A stretch of DNA of 44,773 nt from Streptosporangiaceae bacterium (GTDB lineage: Bacteria > Actinomycetota > Actinomycetes > Streptosporangiales > Streptosporangiaceae). Position numbers and translations under genes: made by a program. Below, piece by piece: positions 9,216-17,433 of this stretch. The stretch is from assembly GCA_035299845.1 (NCBI GenBank), contig DATGVY010000398.1, positions 1-44,773 on the forward strand, given 5' to 3'. The first letter of the stretch is position 1. Each line of letters opens with the position of its first letter. The notes below the pieces were generated by a model that was given only the letters and a program-made list of their open reading frames with translations, ran no database searches and was not told the DNA's origin.

Positions 9216-9767
9216 TTAGGCCTCGAGCCGTTTCAGCACCAGCTTCAGCACGTCCGCGCGGCGGCGTGCGCCGTGATCGGCGGCGATGAAGTGGCTGCCG
9301 ATCCACAGCGAGTAGAACACCATGCAGCGGGCCTCGACCTCGTCCTCGTCGGGGCAGAAGGCACCGAACAGCGAGCGCAGGTAATCCATGCGCCGGTTGT
9401 CGACGCGCCGGAGGCGGTCGGCGACCGTCTGCTCGCGCCGGGCCCAGTCGCGGACTGCGAGGTCGATCCTCAGCGGCTCGTCGCTGGAGGCGGCGAGCGC
9501 GGACAGTCGCCGCAGCTTGGCCCGCGCGGCCCCGCCCTCGCTCTCGACGCGCTCGATCACCTTATCGACGCTCACCCGCTCCCACGTGTCGAGTATCTCC
9601 TCCAGCAGCGCGCGCCGGTCGTCAAAGTGCCAGTAGAAGCCGCCCCTGGTGACGCCGAGCGCGCGCGCCAGCGGCTCGATCCGGACGGCGTCCGGGCCGC
9701 CGGCGGCGAGCGCCCGCAGCCCCTCTTCGATCCAGCTGCTGCGTGGTGTGCGTGTCGGAGCGGACAT
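9216..9767 (-). CDS. TetR/AcrR family transcriptional regulator
   Basis: 183 aa. The N-terminal HTH is IEPLARALGVTRGGFYWHFDDRRALL. Confidence 0.9.
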   Translation of the reverse strand: MSAPTRTPRSSWIEEGLRALAAGGPDAVRIEPLARALGVTRGGFYWHFDDRRALLEEILDTWERVSVDKVIERVESEGGAARAKLRRLSALAASSDEPLRIDLAVRDWARREQTVADRLRRVDNRRMDYLRSLFGAFCPDEDEVEARCMVFYSLWIGSHFIAADHGARRRADVLKLVLKRLEA

Positions 9768-9822
9768 CGCCTATCAGTATCGCGTCCCGCACGGAGTGGA
9801 CAGCGCCGCGGATGATGGCTAG

Positions 9823-9854
9823 CCTTCATCCATACAGTGCTGTATGGATGAAGG
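9823..9854. promoter_or_regulatory. 32-bp perfect palindrome, probable TetR operator
   Basis: CCTTCATCCATACAG-TG-CTGTATGGATGAAGG lies between the divergent TetR gene (start 9767) and the membrane-protein gene (start 9980). Confidence 0.7.
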
Positions 9855-9979
9855 CCAACGATGAAGACCACGACGACCCTCCTCGGCGAGGTCCTCCCCG
9901 AGTTCGTCGTCAATGTTTTCAGCGGATGGCAGCGACGAGACTTCCCGCACGGGATCGCTCGGATCGCGGAGGGCTCGGC

Positions 9980-10390
9980 GTGAACATCCCGCTGATCGTC
10001 GCCGGATCCCTCGCCATCCTCGGCACCGCCATCCACGGAGTGGCAGGCGAGGTCCTCGTGGTGAGAAAGCTGTCGCCGGGAATGCTGCCGTCCAGTCCCT
10101 TCGGTGGTCCGAAGATGACCAAGAGCATGATCCACGTCACGTGGCACATGACGACCATCGCCTTTCTCACCGTCGGATCCGCGCTCCTCCTGTCAGGCTC
10201 GGTCCTCCACGGCGATACGGCCCGGGGGATCGGCCTGGTCGCCGCCGCCGCGTCCACCGGCTTCGCCGCGATAGCGGTGGGGCTGGGGGCTGCCTACACG
10301 AAATCGAAATCCCCTCGGTCCCTGTTCCTCCACCCCGGTCCCGCCATGCTCATCGCCACCGCGGCGCTGGCGTGGTGGGGAGCTCTTTGA
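9980..10390 (+). CDS. Small 4-TM membrane protein, divergent from the TetR gene
   Basis: A GTG start at 9980 gives 136 aa with four hydrophobic segments (NIPLIVAGSLAILG..., MIHVTWHMTTIAFLTVG..., GLVAAAASTGFAAIAVGLG..., PAMLIATAALAWWG). The longer ORF from 9743 would read through the operator palindrome. Confidence 0.6.
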   Translation: MNIPLIVAGSLAILGTAIHGVAGEVLVVRKLSPGMLPSSPFGGPKMTKSMIHVTWHMTTIAFLTVGSALLLSGSVLHGDTARGIGLVAAAASTGFAAIAVGLGAAYTKSKSPRSLFLHPGPAMLIATAALAWWGAL

Positions 10391-10493
10391 AGAAGATGCG
10401 TGTCGCGGCGACGGCGTACGACCTCCCGCATGGCCCTCGATGAGCTCTGGCGGGCACCGGGCTGCGGCGGGCCAACCAGGCGCATCGCGGAGA

Positions 10494-10581
10494 GCTGACC
10501 GGCCGCCGAAACTGACCCGGTCGCCAAACTGACCCGGCCGCCGAAGCCGACCAGCCGCCAGAAAGCCCAGCGGCCGCCAGC
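10494..10581. repeat. About five degenerate 17-18 bp tandem units (consensus RCTGACCCGGYCGCCRAA)
   Basis: The run gctgaccggccgccgaa / actgacccggtcgccaa / actgacccggccgccgaa / gccgaccagccgccagaa / agcccagcggccgccagc is read directly. It lies upstream of the E1-like gene. Confidence 0.6.
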
Positions 10582-10758
10582 GGCGGACTTCCGCTGGCTC
10601 CGTCGCGCCCTCCGCGCGAGCTCGCCGGCGAGCAGGAACATGCCGGTGGGCATTTGACAAGGCCCGTTGCCGGAACTGCAATGACCGCCAGGAGACAAGC
10701 TCCTGCGGCCGGCGCACGGGCCGGGCCGATGCTACCTGCCGGAGGCTAGGAGCGCCAC

Positions 10759-13143
10759 ATGACAGTCACCGAGGCGGGCCGCAGTGCCGCGGGCACTGAC
10801 CTGGCCGTCCTTGAGGAGATCCAGCAGCGCGTGCTGTGGCTCGCGACCCGGATAGTGGACGCGGCCAACCACGACCGTGACACCGGCGACGGCGTCAAGG
10901 TCGGCGGCCACCAGGCGTCAAGCGCCAGCCTGGTCACCGTCATGACCGCCCTGTACTTCGCGCACCTGGACGCCGCGGACCGGGTCAGCGTCAAGCCGCA
11001 TGCCTCCCCGGTCTTCCACGCCATCCAGTACCTGCTCGGCAACCTGGACCGCAGCTACCTGCCGACGCTGCGCGCGTTCGGCGGGCTGCAGTCCTACCCG
11101 AGCCGCACCAAGGACCCGGACACGGTCGACTTCTCCACCGGCTCGGTCGGGCTCGGCGCGGCCGCGCCGCTGTTCGCCGCGGCCACCCGCCGGTACGTCG
11201 ACGCGCACTTCGGGGCCAGGCCGCGCAGCAGGTTCGTGGCGCTGATCGGCGACGCCGAGCTGGACGAGGGCAACATCTGGGAGGCCGTCGCCGACCCTGC
11301 CACCGACGGCCTCGGCAGCGTGATGTGGATCATCGACGTGAACAGGCAGTCGCTGGACCGGGTCGTGCCCGGGATCCGGATCGCCCAGTGGGAGCAGCAG
11401 TTCCGCGCCGCGGGCTGGCACGTCGAGGAGGCGAAGTACGGCCGCAGGCTGCAGGCGGCCTTCGCGCGCCCGGGCGGAGACTCGCTGCGGGCGTGGATCG
11501 ATCAGATGCCGAACGAGCATTACCAGTCGCTGTTCGGGCTGCTTCCCGAAGGCTCCGTTAAAGCCCGGTTTCTTGACGGTGCGCCGGATGATGTCCGGCA
11601 ATTCTGCGCTGGCCTGGCCAGCGACGGCGAGCTGGCCGGTCTCGTGACTGATCTTGCCGGGCATGACCTGGGCGCGCTGCTTGACGCGTTCGGTGCGTGC
11701 GACTGCGAATCCGGCCGGCCCAGCGTCGTATTCGCCTACACCGTCAAGGGCTGGGGGCTGCCGATGGCCGGCCACCCGCGCAATCACTCCGCGCTGCTGA
11801 CCACGATCCAGATCGACGAGATGCGGGAGCGGCTTGGCCTGACCCGGGGCACCGAGTGGGACCGGCTGGACCCGATGACGCGGGCCGGGCAGTGGGTGGC
11901 GGCCCGGCGCGAGCACCTGGCCCGCCCAGCGCCCGGCCGCCCGCCCGTCGTCGCCGTGCCCGACTCCACCGGCATGCGATCGGGCCGGCCGATCTCCACC
12001 CAGGAGGCGTTCGGCCGGATCCTGGTCGAGCTGTCACGCGACGACCGCGTGGCGCCGTATCTCGTGACCACCGCGCCGGATGTAGCGACATCGACGAACC
12101 TGGCCGGCTTCATCAACAGGAAGGGCGTGTTCAGCCCGGCGGCGCGGCGCTCGTGGAGCGAGGACCCGGTGCTGAAATGGGCGGAGGGCCCGCAGGGGCA
12201 GCACATCGAGCTCGGCATCAGCGAGATGAACCTGTTCCTGCTGCTCGGGCAGCTCGGCCTGTCCTGGGACCTGTCCGGGCAGCCGCTGCTGCCGGTCGGC
12301 ACCGTGTACGACCCGTTCGTGCTGCGCGGGCTTGACGCGTTCATCTACTCCGTCTACTCGGGCGCGCGGTTCGTGGTGGCCGGCACGCCGTCGGGGGTCT
12401 CGCTGGCGCCGGAGGGCGGCGCCCACCAGTCGACCATCACCGCGTCGGTCGGCCTGGAGCTGCCGAATGTCACGTTCATCGAGCCCGGCTACGCGGCCGC
12501 GCTTGACTGGCTGATCTGCGGCGCCCTGCAGTCGATCGCGGTCGCGAACGCCACCTCGGCCGGGGCTGCGCTCACCGAGGATGGCTCCTACTACTTCCGG
12601 CTGACCACGCGGGGTATCGACCAGGGGCCGTTCGCCCGCGCGCGGGACCGGCTCGGCGACGCCATCCTGCGCCGCCAGGTGCTGGCCGGCGGGTACCGGC
12701 TCGCTGACGCGTCCGAAGCTGCCGGGGGCGGCGCGCCATCGGTGTACCTGGCCGGCTGCGGCGCGGTCCTGCCTGAGGTACTCGCCGCCGCCGCCGAACT
12801 CGGCGAGGAGGGGATCGCCGCGCACGTCGTCGACATCACCTCTGCCGACCGGCTTTACCGTGCGTGGCAGCGGACCCTGCGGCAGGGAGTACGCAGTGCC
12901 ACGGCGCCGTCCATCCCCGGAGCCCTGCGGACCGTATTTCCCGACCGGGCGCCGGTCGTGACGGTGCACGACGCCGCTTCGCACTGCCTGAGCTGGCTCG
13001 GATCGGCCCTGGGGGTGCCGGCCGTCAGCCTCGGCGTCGACACCTTCGGCCAGTCCGGCGCCGTCAGCGACCTGTACCGGGCGCACGACCTCGACGCCGG
13101 CTCCATTGTCAACGCCGCCCTGGCCGCGCTGTCGCTACGCTGA
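10759..13143 (+). CDS. Pyruvate dehydrogenase E1 / transketolase-like ThDP-dependent enzyme (794 aa)
   Basis: GGHQASSASLV, the ThDP-binding GDAELDEGNIWEA, and the later SEMNLFLLLG and GTPSGVSLAPEGGAHQS are typical of homodimeric E1 (AceE-like) proteins. No E2 or E3 gene is adjacent. Confidence 0.8.
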   Translation: MTVTEAGRSAAGTDLAVLEEIQQRVLWLATRIVDAANHDRDTGDGVKVGGHQASSASLVTVMTALYFAHLDAADRVSVKPHASPVFHAIQYLLGNLDRSYLPTLRAFGGLQSYPSRTKDPDTVDFSTGSVGLGAAAPLFAAATRRYVDAHFGARPRSRFVALIGDAELDEGNIWEAVADPATDGLGSVMWIIDVNRQSLDRVVPGIRIAQWEQQFRAAGWHVEEAKYGRRLQAAFARPGGDSLRAWIDQMPNEHYQSLFGLLPEGSVKARFLDGAPDDVRQFCAGLASDGELAGLVTDLAGHDLGALLDAFGACDCESGRPSVVFAYTVKGWGLPMAGHPRNHSALLTTIQIDEMRERLGLTRGTEWDRLDPMTRAGQWVAARREHLARPAPGRPPVVAVPDSTGMRSGRPISTQEAFGRILVELSRDDRVAPYLVTTAPDVATSTNLAGFINRKGVFSPAARRSWSEDPVLKWAEGPQGQHIELGISEMNLFLLLGQLGLSWDLSGQPLLPVGTVYDPFVLRGLDAFIYSVYSGARFVVAGTPSGVSLAPEGGAHQSTITASVGLELPNVTFIEPGYAAALDWLICGALQSIAVANATSAGAALTEDGSYYFRLTTRGIDQGPFARARDRLGDAILRRQVLAGGYRLADASEAAGGGAPSVYLAGCGAVLPEVLAAAAELGEEGIAAHVVDITSADRLYRAWQRTLRQGVRSATAPSIPGALRTVFPDRAPVVTVHDAASHCLSWLGSALGVPAVSLGVDTFGQSGAVSDLYRAHDLDAGSIVNAALAALSLR

Positions 13144-13205
13144 GCGGGGCGCCATGCCCCCGGCGCACGGAACGGAGCTGGCGGCCGGCTGGCCGAGGAG
13201 GCATC

Positions 13206-14108
13206 ATGACTGACTGCTGGCGAGGCTCGCGGATCGCCCCGCCCGGCCCGGCCCTGGCGCTGGCTGCGATCGCGGGCTGCCTGGTCACGTCGGCGTGCGG
13301 CATCAGCGCCGGGCATCAGGCCGCCGCGGCGCAGACGGCGATCGGGGCGAGTCCGGCGGCCAGCGCCCGGCCGTCCGCAGCCGCGCGGCCATCGGCGGCC
13401 ACCCGGCGGAAGGGAAGCGCAGGCAGTACCCGCGGCGCCGCCGCCAGTCCGCTGGCCGGGAAGATCATCGGCATCGACCCGGGACACAATGGCCGCAACA
13501 ACACCGACCCGTCCTATATCAACCACCTGATCTGGAACGGCCGGGAGTGGGAGACCTGCGATACGACCGGTACGCAGACCGATAGCGGTTACACCGAGGC
13601 CCGGTTCAACTGGCGGGTCGCCCGCTTCCTGCGCGCCGACCTGCGCCTGGCCGGCGCGCGGGTGGTCATGACGAGGAACAACAACAGGGGCGTCGGGCCG
13701 TGCGTGAACCGGCGCGCCAGGATCATCAACCGCGGGCACGCGAAGGTGGCGGTCGACATTCACGCGGACGGCGGGCCTGCGTCGGGCCGCGGGTTCGCGA
13801 TCCTCGAGCCGGTCAGGGATGGCCCGAACGACAAGGTAATCAGGTCCTCGGAGCGGTTCGGCCGGGACGTGCGGCGGGCGCTGCTGCGCCGCACCTCGAT
13901 GCCGGAGAGCACGTACGACGGGGTGCACGGCATCGCCCACCGCGATGACCTGGCCGGGCTGAACCTCACCCGCGTCCCGAAGGTGCTGATCGAGTGCGGC
14001 AACATGCGCAACGCCACCGACGCCCGGCTGCTGACGTCCGCTCGTTTCCAGCGGCGGATAGCCAGCGCGCTCGAGGCGGCGATCATCCGCTTCCTGCGCG
14101 GGCGATAG
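13206..14108 (+). CDS. N-acetylmuramoyl-L-alanine amidase (Amidase_3), probable lipoprotein
   Basis: I set the start at MTDCWRG. The signal ends in LVTSAC (lipobox-like). IGIDPGHNG, VDIHADG and ECGNMRN are amidase_3 zinc/catalytic motifs. The ORF-track N-terminal extension overlaps the E1 gene. Confidence 0.85.
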   Translation: MTDCWRGSRIAPPGPALALAAIAGCLVTSACGISAGHQAAAAQTAIGASPAASARPSAAARPSAATRRKGSAGSTRGAAASPLAGKIIGIDPGHNGRNNTDPSYINHLIWNGREWETCDTTGTQTDSGYTEARFNWRVARFLRADLRLAGARVVMTRNNNRGVGPCVNRRARIINRGHAKVAVDIHADGGPASGRGFAILEPVRDGPNDKVIRSSERFGRDVRRALLRRTSMPESTYDGVHGIAHRDDLAGLNLTRVPKVLIECGNMRNATDARLLTSARFQRRIASALEAAIIRFLRGR

Positions 14109-14124
14109 CCGGACGTCCGGCCGC

Positions 14125-14196
14125 GCTGTCAGGTCCGGCGGCACTGTCAGGTCCGGCGGCGCTGTCAGGTCCGGCGGCGCTGTCAGGTCCGCCGGC
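14125..14196. repeat. 4 x 18-bp tandem repeat (RCTGTCAGGTCCGSCGGC) immediately after the amidase stop
   Basis: Units at 14125, 14143, 14161 and 14179, with one substitution in each of units 2 (14143, a for g) and 4 (14191, c for g); units 1 and 3 are identical. There are no intervening spacers. Confidence 0.95.
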
Positions 14197-14753
14197 CAGC
14201 GGCGGCGGCCGCGGCTCGCGGGGTGCAGCGGGAAAGGCGGCATGCCTCTCCACCTGATGCTTCCAAGGTCAGAAAACCGGCATTTCCCATCAGGAATGCA
14301 AAATCCAGGTAGTTTACGAGCACAGAGGTATGATTGTGTCCGGGGAGATGAGTTTGACGGACCTGGAGCGGGCAAATCTTTGTGTGCCGCAAAGTGCAGG
14401 TTAGCCCAGATAACTGGTCTTGTACTGAGGTAGCGTCCACGGCACGAGAATCGCCCGGCGGGACTCGGCAGATCCCAGCGGGCCCGAACGGATATCACCG
14501 CAGGACTGAACGGATTGCTAGGTGCGGATCCACGGCCGTAGGCTGCACCTATGATCACAGCGGTGCACACCGGCCGCAGGCACCCGTCCGGCGCGGCTGC
14601 GGAGGGGTTGCGCCGGCGTTACCGCTTGACGCGGCTTCCTGGCCGGCAATGGAATAGCACCCTTGGACCATATGAGCGGCGCGAGTCGCTGTTCATAAAT
14701 CCGAGTCCGTGGGGCCGACTGATGTTTGCGCTGGAAGGGCCGAAAGACTTGTC

Positions 14754-15362
14754 ATGGACGCTGACTACCAGCCTCGATGCGAACACGAGCTGACTCTTGT
14801 CCCGTTACTCACAGAAGTGCGCCGGGCACGGCGGTTCGCCCGTTACGTTCTCCAGGAACGCCACGTCGCTCCTGAGCGGATCGGTACGGCTGAGCTTCTT
14901 GTGTCGGAACTGGTGACGAATGCCATCAAAAATGCCAGCGGCGCGAAGCCACCCGCGCCATACCGGACGGTTCATGATCAGTTTCGGCTCATTCGCTTAC
15001 GGCTGAGCCTGATCGCGCGCAGCGTGGTCATTGAGGTACGGGACAGCTCGGACAGGCCTCCGGTGCTCCAGGAACAATCCCCTGATTCCGAAGATGGCCG
15101 TGGCCTGCTCGTGGTGGAGTCAATGAGCGCACAGTGGAATTACTTCCAGCTCAGCAGCGGCGGCAAGGTCGTGTGGTGCGAGCTGCACATTGCGTGCCCG
15201 GCAGTTGCGGACGACCTGGCGGTCCCGCCCAAGCCGCTGCCGCGGCGGATCCGCAACGGCCGGCCAGTATGGTCGGCGATGGTAAGGCACGATCCGGAGC
15301 TGCTGCGGCGCGTGCGCGACGGCCTGCTCGCGCTCGACGATGGCGAGGAAGCCGCACAGTGA
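14754..15362 (+). CDS. RsbW/SpoIIAB-like HATPase (anti-sigma-factor-type serine kinase) with a C-terminal extension
   Basis: ELVTNAIKNA is N-box-like. IEVRDSS...DGRGLLVVESMSAQWNY is G-box-like. About 60 extra C-terminal residues have no recognisable motif. Confidence 0.7.
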   Translation: MDADYQPRCEHELTLVPLLTEVRRARRFARYVLQERHVAPERIGTAELLVSELVTNAIKNASGAKPPAPYRTVHDQFRLIRLRLSLIARSVVIEVRDSSDRPPVLQEQSPDSEDGRGLLVVESMSAQWNYFQLSSGGKVVWCELHIACPAVADDLAVPPKPLPRRIRNGRPVWSAMVRHDPELLRRVRDGLLALDDGEEAAQ

Positions 15363-15466
15363 TACGGGCGGGTCGTGCGCCGTGATGGTCATGTCTTCGA
15401 CGCCAGCGCTCGACCGGGCCAAGCGTATGGTTCATTCATATGCCGAGAACATGGGCCAATTCGGGC

Positions 15467-15828
15467 GTGGACCTGCTGCTTGAGCCGCGCGGCACACGGC
15501 GGCGGGCAGGCCTTGAGTCCGCTTTGCGGGACGCCGTGCGCAGCGGCCGCCTGGTCCCAGGGACTCTCTGCGCCAGGCCGACGAGGCCGGGATAGTGAGC
15601 CGCGCCGCGCGGGCCGGCCTGACGATCCAGGGGCTTGGCGAGTTCCGCTACCACCACGACCCCGGTGACTGGCCTGGTCACGGCGCTGGCTGTAGCCCCG
15701 CGTCCGGCGATGACCCGCGCCACGGCCCGGCCACCGAACTGCCGGCTGCGCTCGTCATCGGCTACGGCACGCCGCCTGACCACGCGTTCGCTGGCGCCAT
15801 CGATACGCTCTGCGACGTGCTCCGCTGA
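15467..15828 (+). pseudogene. Internally deleted, frameshifted MocR/GntR-aminotransferase-type regulator remnant
   Basis: One frame reads VDLLLEPRGTRRRAGLESALRDAVRSGRLVPGT (MocR N-terminal wHTH-like) and runs into a stop. Another frame reads ...LTIQGLGEF...AALVIGYGTPPDHAFAGAIDTLCDVLR (C-terminus of a fold-type-I aminotransferase domain). The roughly 350 residues between them are absent. Confidence 0.45.
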
Positions 15829-15883
15829 GTCCGTACCCGGCGCGCATCGGCCCTGTGGGCGGCCGCCCGGCCGGCCGAGCCCG

Positions 15884-16597
15884 TCAGCCTGCCACGTCCA
15901 CATACAGGCGGCCGGGCAGCCTGCCGACCCGGAACGCGGTGGCCCTTTCCAGGCCGACCGCGATGCTGACGACGCCTTCGAAGTCACCAGTGACCGCGTA
16001 TCCCCTGAGCATCGGATAGGTCGTCGCCGCCGACAGCGGCGAGATCGTGCTCACGCCGGACAGGGAGTGGCCCTGAGCAGGGTGAATCGTGATCAGCAGG
16101 TAGCTGTGCCCGGGAACGGTGACGGCCGTGCCTGATGAGCCGGTGGCCACCTTCGAGACGTACCTGATGTCGTACCCCGGCATCGGCCCGCGGAAGTCGA
16201 CGACGATGCGGTCGTAGCCGCAGTCGGGATGAGTTCCGATCCTGATGGCGGTGACGATGGGCACCGGCGGCACGGCGAGGTGCCGGGTCACCTGCACCGG
16301 CGCGGTCCGCCATGGCTCGGCGTCGCAGCCGGCCGGCGGACTCGGCGGGAGCGGCGGATGCGGCGCGGTATGCGCGGCGGGTGACACGGACGCGGCCGGC
16401 GATGATGGCAGCGGCGTGGCCGGGGCGGACCGCGACGGCGGCCGCGATGTGGCCGGCGACGTGCCCGGCCCGGGCGCCGATCCCTGACCCGGCAGCCTGA
16501 CCGTCGTCGTGCTGCCCGCAGCACATGACGCGGTCGATAGCGCGGCGGCGAGAACTGCCGCCAGCAGTGCCATCGAGTGCGTAGTCGGGCGCTGCAT
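15884..16597 (-). CDS. Secreted lipoprotein with a Pro/Ser-rich linker and a conserved C-terminal domain (unknown function)
   Basis: The signal ends in LSTASC (lipobox). About 70 residues of P/S/A-rich linker follow, then a globular domain ending GRLPGRLYVDVAG. Confidence 0.65.
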   Translation of the reverse strand: MQRPTTHSMALLAAVLAAALSTASCAAGSTTTVRLPGQGSAPGPGTSPATSRPPSRSAPATPLPSSPAASVSPAAHTAPHPPLPPSPPAGCDAEPWRTAPVQVTRHLAVPPVPIVTAIRIGTHPDCGYDRIVVDFRGPMPGYDIRYVSKVATGSSGTAVTVPGHSYLLITIHPAQGHSLSGVSTISPLSAATTYPMLRGYAVTGDFEGVVSIAVGLERATAFRVGRLPGRLYVDVAG

Positions 16598-16691
16598 CGT
16601 GACCTCCGTTGCGCCAGCCGCCGCGGCCGGCGTCCCGCCACCGGGGCTGCCGGCCCCGCCATGCCCCGGCAGGTCATGGCGGGATAGTAGG

Positions 16692-17126
16692 TCAGGCGAT
16701 CGGCGCTGTCAGCTCAAGCTGGATGTGGTCCGGGTCGCGGAAGGGAAGGACATAGATTCCGAACGAAGGCAGCGCGGTGATCTCTCCGTGCGGCACGCCG
16801 TTCTCGTCAAGCAGGCTGACCGCCTGATCCAGGTCGGTACGGCTCGGCACGCTGAAGCTGAGGTGATCGAGGCCAACCCGGTTGTCGTCGAACCGGTCGC
16901 CGGCCGGCGCGACCGGCCGCAGGCCCATCAGCAGGTTCCCCCGGATCATGACAATTCCGCCGAAGAGCACCTTGTACGTCTCTTCGGCCGAAGGGTCATC
17001 ATCGGGCGGCGACTCCACCGCCACGTCGAAGCCGAGCAGGCCCGTATAGAAGGCGCGGCTTCGGCCGAGGTCGGTCACGGTCAGCCGGAGGTGGTGGATA
17101 CCGCCGGCCGGGATCTGTGCTGCCAC
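16692..17126 (-). CDS. VOC family protein (glyoxalase/bleomycin-resistance/dioxygenase fold)
   Basis: A GTG start at 17126 is preceded by GAAGGAGGAG. IHHLRLTVTDLGRSRAFYTGLLGF and GLDHLSF are paired beta-alpha-beta-beta-beta module motifs. Confidence 0.85.
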   Translation of the reverse strand: MAAQIPAGGIHHLRLTVTDLGRSRAFYTGLLGFDVAVESPPDDDPSAEETYKVLFGGIVMIRGNLLMGLRPVAPAGDRFDDNRVGLDHLSFSVPSRTDLDQAVSLLDENGVPHGEITALPSFGIYVLPFRDPDHIQLELTAPIA

Positions 17127-17372
17127 GTCACTCCTCCTTCGCGTTCGGCGCCGGAACCCGGGCGCCATGAACTCAGGCGCACCGCCGGGCGTCGCGAACG
17201 CCGCGCTGGGGCCACTGATTCCCGCATCGTCGCACGAGAATCCTGCTACATCACCCGTTCCGCCCGCACCCGCCGGTCATGGCCAGGAACGGCCAGGCCG
17301 CCCCGCCGGACTGACTCGCCGTCAGCGGTTAAAATTCGTCCGGTTCCTGCCGGACAGTACTTAACCACTAAC

Positions 17373-17420
17373 CTCGTTGCCGACGCCCTGGCCCCATCTC
17401 GTTGCCGACGCCCTGGCCCC
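17373..17420. repeat. Direct repeat, 2 x 23 bp (ctcgttgccgacgccctggcccc) separated by 2 bp
   Basis: The copies at 17373-17395 and 17398-17420 are identical. The repeat ends 13 nt before the ATG of the retropepsin-like gene. Confidence 0.95.
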
Positions 17421-17433
17421 GTTAGGGGAACCG

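Noticed and set aside
12864-13205. N-terminal extensions offered by the ORF track for the amidase (12864), the secreted phosphatase (24132), the second metallophosphoesterase (32478), the DUF2993 protein (to 42437), the membrane protein (9743) and the GlmS-like protein (to 7600)
   Set aside because: Each extension overlaps the upstream gene or an operator and is compositionally junk. Each is also followed by an internal start that gives a proper signal peptide, catalytic N-terminus or start/stop coupling.
14125-14196. Possible CRISPR array (regular short repeats)
   Set aside because: The repeats are directly adjacent with no spacers, only 18 bp long and only four copies. No cas genes are present anywhere in the window.
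12855-14570. 571-aa minus-strand ORF. Similar long antisense or off-frame ORFs occur at 4343-5665, 10918-11916, 12034-13086, 16509-17531, 17785-18612, 22545-23834, 28061-29098, 29708-30856, 31969-32937 and 39389-40759.
   Set aside because: All overlap genes with clear family motifs on the other strand or in another frame. Their translations are Arg/Pro/Gly/Ala-rich with no motifs. This is the typical artefact of stop-codon-poor high-GC DNA.
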